Assembly: GCA_902492825.1 (NCBI GenBank)
Contig: CABUMZ010000001.1
Coordinates: 1-34,789 of the forward strand
DNA length: 34,789 nt
Reading direction: 5' to 3'
Origin: an uncultured Collinsella sp.
Lineage (GTDB): Bacteria; Actinomycetota; Coriobacteriia; Coriobacteriales; Coriobacteriaceae
The notes under the pieces were generated by a model. The model saw nothing but the letters and a program-made list of their open reading frames with translations. It made no database searches and was not told where the DNA came from. Position 1 is the stretch's first letter, and every line of letters begins with the position of its first letter. Below, one piece after another: positions 1-7,584 of the stretch. The translations under genes and the position numbers were made by a program.

Positions 1-5
1 AAATG

Positions 6-30
6 AAAAACGCCCTCCGGAGAGGGCGTT
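6..30 (-). terminator. Rho-independent terminator after tRNA-Leu
   Basis: Hairpin AACGCCCTC-CGGA-GAGGGCGTT with a T-run on the minus strand, just past the tRNA 3' end. Confidence 0.8.
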
Positions 31-40
31 CGTTTCAAAA

Positions 41-127
41 TGGTGCGGGCGAGAGGACTTGAACCTCCATGGGGTTGCCCCCATACGGACCTGAACCGTA
101 CGCGTCTGCCAATTCCGCCACGCCCGC
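41..127 (-). tRNA. tRNA-Leu (CAG)
   Basis: Minus strand GCGGGCGTGGCGGAATTGGCAGACGCG-TACGG TTCAGGT CCGTA, long variable arm, GGTTCAAGTCC, ends CGCCCGCACCA; 87 nt with encoded CCA. Confidence 0.97.
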
Positions 128-138
128 GTGCAGAAATT

Positions 139-167
139 AGAATAACGGAGCGCCATCGCGAACGCAA
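139..167 (-). promoter_or_regulatory. Putative sigma70-type promoter of tRNA-Leu
   Basis: TTGCGT-N17-TATTCT on the minus strand, 11 nt upstream of the tRNA. Confidence 0.55.
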
Positions 168-170
168 GAA

Positions 171-1088
171 CTATTTTTGAAAAAGTTTGCAGGCATTTTC
201 CCAAGCTGCTCGCGCGATTGCCTCAGCATCCTCGCCGGTACGATCGACACGGTCGTTGACCAGCGTGTTTGCCGTAATGGAGATCATTGCGGGCTCGCAT
301 TCAAGACCGCGGATGGGCTCCGGAGCCATATACGGGCAATCCGTCTCGAACAAAATTCGATCGAGTGGGGTTGCCGCAAATGCCTCGCGCACATCGTCGT
401 TGCGCTTAAAGGTGGCCGCACCGCCATAGGCGATATAGCAGCCCAAATCCACAAAGCGCTCCATCGTGGCGCGGTCCTCGCCAAAACAGTGCAGCACACA
501 ACCAGCCTGGGGCACACCCACCTCACGAAGCACGTTATAGGCGTCCACGTGCGAGGTTCGCTCCTGATCCGTGTCCTCGTGACGCAGATGCAGCTCCACC
601 GGCACGTTACGGCACACGGCAAGCTCGAGCTGACGCGCCATGCAATCAATCTGCACGTTATGGGGTGCTGGCGCGATATCGTCGTCATAGTCCATGTGGT
701 AGTCCAGGCCGATTTCGCCAATACCGGCGCATAAGGGGTCATCGAGTGCGGCAACGACCTGCGCGTGAACGTCGTCGGTATAGTCCGGCGCGCCATACGG
801 ATGCACGCCGGCAAGATACTTGATCTGCGGGATATCCTGCATCGGCAGAATCTCGCGCACGAGCCAGTCGCTATAGTCCGTCACGCTGCGTTTGTCTGCG
901 ATGGGGTCGAACATCGTCACCAACAGGTCGACACCCGCGGCTTTGGCGCGCACGAGCGTCTCGGGCACATCCTTGCCCCAGAACGAAAGCAGATGTGCAT
1001 GCGTGTCGGCAAGCGGCGCCAAGGGCACGGGGCAGGCGACCGTCTTTTTTTTCTTGGTAAACGTCACGCGTGCGGCATTAGGCATCAT
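171..1088 (-). CDS. tatD: TatD-family DNase/hydrolase
   Basis: DTHAH, GVHP, GIGEIGLDY, LHCF, ETDCPY motifs; follows metG-rsmA as in many bacteria. Confidence 0.93.
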   Translation of the reverse strand: MMPNAARVTFTKKKKTVACPVPLAPLADTHAHLLSFWGKDVPETLVRAKAAGVDLLVTMFDPIADKRSVTDYSDWLVREILPMQDIPQIKYLAGVHPYGAPDYTDDVHAQVVAALDDPLCAGIGEIGLDYHMDYDDDIAPAPHNVQIDCMARQLELAVCRNVPVELHLRHEDTDQERTSHVDAYNVLREVGVPQAGCVLHCFGEDRATMERFVDLGCYIAYGGAATFKRNDDVREAFAATPLDRILFETDCPYMAPEPIRGLECEPAMISITANTLVNDRVDRTGEDAEAIARAAWENACKLFQK

Positions 1089-1938
1089 GGATTAGCTCCT
1101 GGGCCAGACGGACAAAGTCAGCAACATCAAGCGTCTCGGCGCGCGTGGTGGGTGCAATACCGCAAGCCTCAAAGGCGGCATCGAGCACGTCCTTGACAAA
1201 GCCGTTGGCGCTCATGGAATTGCGGATGGTCTTGCGACGCTGAGCAAACGCGGCATCGATCACACGGGCCACAAACTCGCGGTCGATGCCCTCGGGCACC
1301 ACGCCGTCAACGCGATCGATACGCACGACAGCAGAATCCACATGCGGCGCTGGCATAAAGCAACGCGGCGGCACCTCAAAGCGCCCCGTCACCTGTGCAT
1401 ACAGGCCGAGCTTTGCCGTGTAGCCGCCATAGGTCTTGTTGCCCGGCGTTGCGCCAATACGATCTGCAACTTCCTTTTGCACCATGACGACAGCGCGCTT
1501 AAGCGCGGGCATCGTCTGGAAGAACTGAAGGATGATCGTCGCCGCCACGTTATAGGGCAGATTCGCGACAAACACCGTAGGTTCACCACCGGCGACCTGC
1601 TCAACCTGCTCCGGGCACACCTTGAGCGCATCGCCCATGATAAAGCGGAAGTTGGCATAGTCGGCGGCGTGGGCGTCAAGCACCGGCTCAAGCTCGGGAT
1701 CGGCCTCAATCGACGTAACGCACGCCGCCTCCTGCAGCAGGGCCAACGTCAGCGTGCCGCAACCCGGGCCGACCTCGAGCACGCGCTCATCGCCCGCAAG
1801 CTCAGCGAGCTCACAGATACGTTCGATCACATGGTTGTCGATCAGGAAGTTCTGGCCCAGGCGATGCTTGGTCGCAAGGCCAAACTCCTCTAGCAGCTCC
1901 CTAGTTGCCGTGGGGTTTGCCAAAGGCGAAGTTGTCAT
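1078..1938 (-). CDS. rsmA: 16S rRNA adenine dimethyltransferase RsmA/KsgA
   Basis: LGQNFL, EVGPGCG SAM motif, ANLPYNV, QKEVADR, AFAQRRKT. Confidence 0.97.
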   Translation of the reverse strand: MTTSPLANPTATRELLEEFGLATKHRLGQNFLIDNHVIERICELAELAGDERVLEVGPGCGTLTLALLQEAACVTSIEADPELEPVLDAHAADYANFRFIMGDALKVCPEQVEQVAGGEPTVFVANLPYNVAATIILQFFQTMPALKRAVVMVQKEVADRIGATPGNKTYGGYTAKLGLYAQVTGRFEVPPRCFMPAPHVDSAVVRIDRVDGVVPEGIDREFVARVIDAAFAQRRKTIRNSMSANGFVKDVLDAAFEACGIAPTTRAETLDVADFVRLAQELIHDA

Positions 1939-1970
1939 GGTTGCCTCCTTAGCATGATGGCGGCGTCTTG

Positions 1971-2006
1971 AAACAAAAGGGCATGGACCGTGGCGGCCAT
2001 GCCCTT
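1971..2006 (-). terminator. Terminator after metG
   Basis: AAGGGCATGGCCG-CCA-CGGTCCATGCCCTT followed by TTGTTT on the minus strand. Confidence 0.75.
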
Positions 2007-2048
2007 ACAGCTAAACAGCAAATTGCCGATATGGCGCTCGCGCGGTCT

Positions 2049-3650
2049 CTACGCCAGACGCGGGAACAGCGGATCGCCCTTCTCGACGGGCTGACCACCA
2101 GCAAGCAGGCCCCAAGCGCAAATGCCCTTGAGGTCGTCGCTCGCGGCCTCGTCCTCGCAGGACAGGCGGCGCAGAGCCTCGGCAGAAGTCTGGGGCATGA
2201 GCGGCATCAGCAGGTGAGCGGCAATGCGGATGGCCTCGAGCAGGTTGTAGATCACAAACGCCAGCTCGTCAGCCTTGGCCTCGTCCTTGGCAAGTGCCCA
2301 AGGCTCGGAGTCCTCGATGTAGTGGTTGGCGGCGTGGATGAGCTCCATGACCTCGTCCTTGGCTCCACCGTAATCGAGCACGTCCATCTTGGCCATGTAG
2401 CGGTCGACCAGACCATCGGCGATCTTTGCCAGCGGGTTGTCGAACGCATCGAACGATGCGGGCTTGGCGGGCGCGCAACCGTCAAAGTACTTGCCGCTCA
2501 TGTTGAGCGAACGCGAGATAAGGTTGCCCCAGCTGTTGGCCAGGTCGGCGTTGTAGACCTGCTCCATGCGATCGAAGCTGATGGCACCGTCGGTGCCGGG
2601 GACGACGTCGGTCATAAAGTAGTAGCGATAGCCCTCGACACCCAGCATGTCGATAACGTCCTGCGGAGCGATGGCGTTGCCGCGGCTCTTGGACATCTTC
2701 TCGGCCTTGCCGGTCTCGGCATTGCGCACGGTCAGGAAGCCGTGGGCAAAGACGTGCTCGGGCAGGGCCTCGCCGATGGCCATGAGCATGGCCGGCCAAA
2801 TGACGCAGTGGAAACGGATGATGTCCTTGCCCACGATGTGGAACTGCGCGGGCCAGCGATAGGCCAGCTCGGCACGGGCCTCGTCGGTATCGACACCGTA
2901 GCCGACAGCCGTCATATAGTTGAGCAGCGCGTCGAACCACACATAGGTCACGTGGCCCTCGTCAAACGGAACTTGGATGCCCCAGTCAAAGCTCGTACGG
3001 CTCACGGAAAGGTCGTTGAGGCCGCCCTCGACAAAGCTGCGCACCTCGTTCATACGGAACGCGGGCTCGACAAAGTCGGGGTGCTCGTCATAGAGCTTGA
3101 GCAGCTTGTCCTGGAAGGCGGAAAGCTTAAAGAAGTAGGACTCCTCCTGCACGCGCTCAAGCGGACGGTGGCAGTCGGGGCACAGGTGCTGGCCGACGCT
3201 GCCGTACTCCTCGTCGCCCTTCTGGACCTGCGTATCAGTGAAGTAGGTCTCGTCAGGCACGCAATACCAACCGTCGTAGCTGCCCTTATACAGGTAGCCG
3301 GACTCCTTCATGCGCTCCCACAGGTACTGCACGGCATGATGCTGGCGCGGCTCGGTGGTGCGGATGAAGTCGTCGTTGGAGATCTCGAGCTTGCTCCAAA
3401 GCTCCTTGAAGTGCGGAGCCTGGCTGTCGGTCCACTCCTGCGGCGTCATGTTGTGCTTGGCTGCGGCCTCGGCGACCTTCTCGCCGTGCTCGTCCATGCC
3501 GGTCAGGAACTTGACGTTATAGCCGGCGGAGCGGCGATAGCGAGCCTGAACATCGGCGATGATGGTGGAATAAGCCGTGCCCAGGTGCGGATCGGCGTTG
3601 ACGTAGTAGATGGGCGTCGTGATAAAGAACGAAGGCTTGCTTTGATCCAT
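2049..3650 (-). CDS. metG: Methionine--tRNA ligase (short form, no C-terminal tRNA-binding domain)
   Basis: ITTPIYYVN, HIGH-like HLGT, TGMDEHG, YVWFDAL, GKDI, KMSKS. Confidence 0.97.
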   Translation of the reverse strand: MDQSKPSFFITTPIYYVNADPHLGTAYSTIIADVQARYRRSAGYNVKFLTGMDEHGEKVAEAAAKHNMTPQEWTDSQAPHFKELWSKLEISNDDFIRTTEPRQHHAVQYLWERMKESGYLYKGSYDGWYCVPDETYFTDTQVQKGDEEYGSVGQHLCPDCHRPLERVQEESYFFKLSAFQDKLLKLYDEHPDFVEPAFRMNEVRSFVEGGLNDLSVSRTSFDWGIQVPFDEGHVTYVWFDALLNYMTAVGYGVDTDEARAELAYRWPAQFHIVGKDIIRFHCVIWPAMLMAIGEALPEHVFAHGFLTVRNAETGKAEKMSKSRGNAIAPQDVIDMLGVEGYRYYFMTDVVPGTDGAISFDRMEQVYNADLANSWGNLISRSLNMSGKYFDGCAPAKPASFDAFDNPLAKIADGLVDRYMAKMDVLDYGGAKDEVMELIHAANHYIEDSEPWALAKDEAKADELAFVIYNLLEAIRIAAHLLMPLMPQTSAEALRRLSCEDEAASDDLKGICAWGLLAGGQPVEKGDPLFPRLA

Positions 3651-3719
3651 GGGGTTTGTCCTCCAGAAAAACGTTGCATACAGAGGATGATTCTAGCGCA
3701 AGGGCTGGATATCCTCCAT

Positions 3720-4598
3720 CTATTGCGTATCGAGCACCATGGCATAGACATCGCGCTTGCGGCGCGAATACTTCTGAGACAGGCGCTTGGCCACCGCAGA
3801 GGCGGGCTCCCCCTCCTCGAGCGCGGCGCGGATATCCGCGCGCAGGGCCTCATCGGGATCTACTGCCGCGGCGCCAACCGGCGCGATACCGGCCTCTTCG
3901 TCCTCGCTCGGCGGCGCGATGACCAGCGCAATCTCGCCCTTTACCTCGCCGCGGGCACGTAGCTCCTCGGCAAGCTGGGCGGCAGATCCGCGCAGGACCT
4001 CCTCGTGCAACTTGGTGAGTTCGCGGCAGACGGCAACCTCACGCTGGGGAAAAACCTCGGCCACGGCTTCGAGTGTCGCCACGATGCGATGTGGAGACTC
4101 GTAGAAGATGAGCGCGCCGGGCACCACGGCAAGGCGCTGCAAACGGCGCACGCGGTCACCGTGCTTTCGGCCCAAAAAGCCCTCGAAGAAAAAATGCTCG
4201 CAGGGAATGCCGGACGAAACAAGCGCCGTGACGCAGGCAGAGGGCCCGGGAATAACTTCGACGGGCACATCGGCCTCACGCGCCGCCTCAACTAGCGCCT
4301 GGCCGGGATCGGACACGCTCGGCATGCCGGCGTCCGAGGCAAAGGCGAGGGTCTCCCCCGCCAGCAGACGGTCGACCAGGCCGGCGGCGCGGCTGGCGAT
4401 CACATTCTCGTCGCAACGGACAAGCGGCTTGGAAATGCCCAGGTGCATCAGCAGCTTTGACGTCACACGCGTGTCTTCGCAGCAGATGACATCGGCAGCG
4501 GCAAAGGCTTCGCCAACGCGCGGGGACAGGTCGCCCAGGTTGCCGATGGGCGTGCCGACCACATAGAGTTTGCCCGTATGGGCGCTGTTTTGCGTCAT
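3720..4598 (-). CDS. rsmI: 16S rRNA C1402 2'-O-methyltransferase RsmI
   Basis: LYVVGTPIGNLGD, EDTR, SDAGMPSVSDPG, FYESPHR, RELTKLHEE. Confidence 0.96.
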   Translation of the reverse strand: MTQNSAHTGKLYVVGTPIGNLGDLSPRVGEAFAAADVICCEDTRVTSKLLMHLGISKPLVRCDENVIASRAAGLVDRLLAGETLAFASDAGMPSVSDPGQALVEAAREADVPVEVIPGPSACVTALVSSGIPCEHFFFEGFLGRKHGDRVRRLQRLAVVPGALIFYESPHRIVATLEAVAEVFPQREVAVCRELTKLHEEVLRGSAAQLAEELRARGEVKGEIALVIAPPSEDEEAGIAPVGAAAVDPDEALRADIRAALEEGEPASAVAKRLSQKYSRRKRDVYAMVLDTQ

Positions 4599-4604
4599 AT
4601 CAAC

Positions 4605-5669
4605 CTATTCAATCATGCCGCGCTCGAGCGTACCGAGCGCCGCGCGGGCGTCCCATGCTGCAATGCGCTTCTCGGTCTTCCACGTTTGGAAGAACCAACC
4701 GGCAGCCGGCGCAAACGAAGCCAGCTGGTTGGCGATAAACACGCGCTCGTAGGCATTGCGGCCCTCGGGCGTAACCGACGAGTTGGCAAAGATCGCCGCG
4801 CCCGACCATTCGCCCACCAGCACGGGGAACCCAGTTGAAATCGCTTCTTTAAGCTCGCGCTTGTTACGCGAAATCGCCGTCGTCAGCCCGCGGGGGCTCG
4901 TGATGTCGAGCGCATGCTCGTCGCGGTAATGGTACAGGTGAAGGTCCATGTAGACGTTCTTGTACTTAGTGCCGCGCATAAAATGCTTCCACTCGCTGGG
5001 ATGCCCCGACGACGAGAAGACGACGATCTTATCCTCGGGCATATACGAACGGACGAGCTCATAGGCATCGCGATAGAAGTTGCGCAGGTAGTGCGCCGGA
5101 ATGCCATCCGTCATGGTGAAGAGGCTCTTGCGGACACTCATCTGCGGCGTATCCAGCAGCTCAATGCCCAGCAGGCTCTCGGCCTCGCCGTAGCGATCGG
5201 CCAAGCGCTCGAGCACGTCGAGTGCGACATGACGACCGTTGGTGGACGAATGCCACTCGGCGACAGCCTCCGGCGTGGTGGGCGAATCGTTGGAATCGCC
5301 CTGGCCACCGGGCACAGTTGCTAGATCAAGCAGCACGCGGATGTCGTACTTGGCAGCCCACTCAATTGCACGGTCGATGTAGTCGACAACCGAGATGTAG
5401 GAGGCATCGGACTCCTGTGAGCCAAAGGCATACCAGGGTACCGGCAGACGCACGGCATTGAGGCCAATCTGCGCCATGCGGCGAAAATCGTCCTCGCTCA
5501 CAAACGTCTCGTAATGACGGCGCATGCGCTCGTTATAGGCGGCGGTGCCCATGGCCTCCTGCAGCTCGGCCGCGTTGGATGCACCGGTCGCCGCGTATAG
5601 CGACGGGGTCACCCAAGGCTCGGGAATAAACCAGCCAGAGAGATTAACGCCGAGTATCCTCTCCATCAC
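4605..5669 (-). CDS. Glycoside hydrolase family 5 protein (exo-1,3-beta-glucanase-like), atypical active site
   Basis: GVNLSGWFIPEPWVTPSL, GLNAVRLPV, DLHLYH, VLVGEWS, GWFFQTWKTE; the usual NEP motif reads DTP. Confidence 0.85.
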   Translation of the reverse strand: MMERILGVNLSGWFIPEPWVTPSLYAATGASNAAELQEAMGTAAYNERMRRHYETFVSEDDFRRMAQIGLNAVRLPVPWYAFGSQESDASYISVVDYIDRAIEWAAKYDIRVLLDLATVPGGQGDSNDSPTTPEAVAEWHSSTNGRHVALDVLERLADRYGEAESLLGIELLDTPQMSVRKSLFTMTDGIPAHYLRNFYRDAYELVRSYMPEDKIVVFSSSGHPSEWKHFMRGTKYKNVYMDLHLYHYRDEHALDITSPRGLTTAISRNKRELKEAISTGFPVLVGEWSGAAIFANSSVTPEGRNAYERVFIANQLASFAPAAGWFFQTWKTEKRIAAWDARAALGTLERGMIE

Positions 5670-5902
5670 TGCCCCCTTCGGATCGTGCAGGCCGAGCCTG
5701 CATCGTATTGCATAGGAAAAGTATCGTTTTTAGTATACCCGCGCGTGCGGACAGACGACCGAACGGTCTGTAAAGTGGCGCAAAAGCGGGAGGAATGTCT
5801 GAGCGGGCGGGGCCGAGATGTGCACGCACGTCGGAAGTAAGCGCCGAAAAGCGCGTCCCGTTTTTCGCAAAAGACTGGGATGCATTTTCCGCGGGTCCAC
5901 AT

Positions 5903-5932
5903 AAAAGAAAAGGACCCCTTTTCAGAGGTCCT
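5903..5932 (-). terminator. Terminator after tRNA-Phe
   Basis: AGGACCTCT-GAAA-AGGGGTCCT followed by TTTCTTTT on the minus strand. Confidence 0.8.
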
Positions 5933-5945
5933 AGTCAATTCAAGG

Positions 5946-6018
<73 letters not shown>

Positions 6019-6050
6019 ATTTGAGGTGTGCCTTGTTTCAAGGCTTGATT

Positions 6051-6078
6051 AGTATAACCAAGGACGCGTTCCGGTCAA
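6051..6078 (-). promoter_or_regulatory. Putative promoter of tRNA-Phe
   Basis: TTGACC-N16-TATACT on the minus strand. Confidence 0.6.
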
Positions 6079-6141
6079 CCGAGAATTTTAAAAAAGTTTT
6101 TGAGCACAGCCTCGGTTCTATAAATCGGCACGTCAGAGACA

Positions 6142-6429
6142 TCAGCCGGCAGCAAGAAGTTTTTCGCTCAGAGCCGCACGGGCAAACTCACTTGGCGTCA
6201 TCCCCTCGGCAGCCGCCCGTCGACGAATGGCCTCCTTCATTCCCAGAGGAATCTTGACCGACAGCGTTGCCGTCCCCTCACCTGAGAGCGGGGGCCGTCC
6301 ATGCACGATCCCACCAACGGTGCGTTCGCCATCCGGAAACTCTCCGCGCTCGTACGACTCGCACCACGCGTCAATCATTTCATCCGTTACAACCTGACCA
6401 TTAGCGGCCGTATACGTCTTGCTCATCAT
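6142..6429 (-). CDS. Ribbon-helix-helix (CopG/BrnA-like) putative antitoxin, ~95 aa
   Basis: MMSKTY...GRPPLSGEGTATLSVKIPLGMKEAIRRRAAAEGMTPSEFARAAL (GRP followed by an RHH pattern); ATG overlaps the upstream TGA (ATGA). Confidence 0.8.
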   Translation of the reverse strand: MMSKTYTAANGQVVTDEMIDAWCESYERGEFPDGERTVGGIVHGRPPLSGEGTATLSVKIPLGMKEAIRRRAAAEGMTPSEFARAALSEKLLAAG

Positions 6430-6692
6430 CGACCCCTCTGCCGAGCTCGCTCGATCTCTTGCCAGAATTTCTTCTGAACCGGAGACAGGGCATGAATAAT
6501 GAGCCATCCACGAATTAGTTCGACCGCAACAAGTTCCACACTTCGACCATCTGGAAGCTATCCAATGGCAAGCCATCTCGGCGGCTCGTCCTCCGACTCG
6601 CGGCGAATGCACTCAGTAACCGCGAACCAGGCACCTAGTACCTGCTTTTCCGTCAGGTGCTTTTTAGCGTTGGGATGGATCTCAACATCCAT
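6426..6692 (-). pseudogene. Putative BrnT/RelE-like toxin interrupted by in-frame TAG (6558-6560)
   Basis: RBS GGAGGAG, then MDVEIHPNAKKHLT...PPRWLAIG*LPDGRSVELVAVELIRGWLIIHALSPVQKKFWQEIERARQRGR; the frame continues past the TAG to a TGA coupled to the antitoxin start. Confidence 0.75.
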
Positions 6693-6706
6693 GCATCTTC
6701 TCCTCC

Positions 6707-6732
6707 ATCTTACCCAATTTCGTATGACGAAA
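6707..6732 (-). promoter_or_regulatory. TA promoter -10 and palindromic operator
   Basis: Palindrome TTTCGT-CAT-ACGAAA (6718-6732) just upstream of TAAGAT (6707-6712). Confidence 0.5.
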
Positions 6733-6751
6733 GTCCGCTGTCGCCAATCTC

Positions 6752-7111
6752 TTACGCCGGCACTTGTTGGAGGGCGGAAGGTGTAGCGAGGATTGAAGGG
6801 CGTTCCAATACCGCCCAGGCGCCGGGGCAGGAGCACATACACCAGGGACATACGTTTTCGTAGCGCGCGAGGATATTGCCGCGTGCATCGATGAAGGCGA
6901 TGTCGATGGGATAGGCCATAAAACACGTATGGACCGAAGAGCAGCGTGGAAACGCCATGACGAGCGGCAGGCCGTTGGCGGCAACCGGACGCCGTCCCAG
7001 CATGCCGCGCAGGCGCACGGCAAACGACTCCGCCACCACAAACTCGGCCGGCGTCCAACCCAGCCTGTTGAGTGCCCGCGCGTAAGCGATGTAGGACGAG
7101 ACCGCGGTCAC
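6752..7111 (-). CDS. DUF192 domain protein
   Basis: VAESFAVRLRGMLGR, SSVHTCFMAYPIDIAFID, AVLE pattern; GTG start overlaps the upstream TGA (GTGA). Confidence 0.8.
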   Translation of the reverse strand: MTAVSSYIAYARALNRLGWTPAEFVVAESFAVRLRGMLGRRPVAANGLPLVMAFPRCSSVHTCFMAYPIDIAFIDARGNILARYENVCPWCMCSCPGAWAVLERPSILATPSALQQVPA

Positions 7112-7584
7112 ATGACCACCCCCGGACGCCACGGATCGACCGTCACCGCGCGCTCGTGCGACAACGTTGTCGGCGCCCCCAGCGGAACGCCAGCGATGCT
7201 GAGAGAAGTCGGCCACGGCTCATAGTGCATGGTGCAGGTGTAGGTCCTAAACGTACCGGATAGGGAGAGCAGGCCACCATCCGATGCCTCCGCGCCTTGC
7301 TCGCTCGACACTTCGATCTGCAAGTCATAGCCTTCCATGGCATTCAGAATTTGAGTCTGAACCGTCGCCGAGGCATCGGCAGAGCTCTCGTCACCCTCCC
7401 CGCCCGGCGCCACAGCGTGCGCCAGCACGATGTCGGGCACCACGCGGTCGAAGCGCGCGACAGCGCTGGCAAAGATCATGACGTTGTACACGATGAGTGC
7501 CAGCACCAGCAAAACGGGCGTAACCACTGCCATCTCAACCGTCGCTTGGGCGCGCTCCTCGCGCAGACGCATGCGGATACTCAT
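7108..7584 (-). CDS. TadE-like minor pilin
   Basis: EERAQATVEMAVVTPVLLVLALIVYN: prepilin-like N-terminus with Glu+5 and a hydrophobic helix. Confidence 0.8.
   Translation of the reverse strand: MSIRMRLREERAQATVEMAVVTPVLLVLALIVYNVMIFASAVARFDRVVPDIVLAHAVAPGGEGDESSADASATVQTQILNAMEGYDLQIEVSSEQGAEASDGGLLSLSGTFRTYTCTMHYEPWPTSLSIAGVPLGAPTTLSHERAVTVDPWRPGVVM

Noticed and set aside
1045..1052. A8 tract near the tatD 5' end as a phase-variation site
   Set aside because: In frame, encodes a Lys run, short, and in a housekeeping gene.
1968..3962. 664-aa plus-strand ORF, and similar long antisense ORFs over pyk, pheS/T, nikM and M32
   Set aside because: Shadow frames opposite well-supported housekeeping genes.
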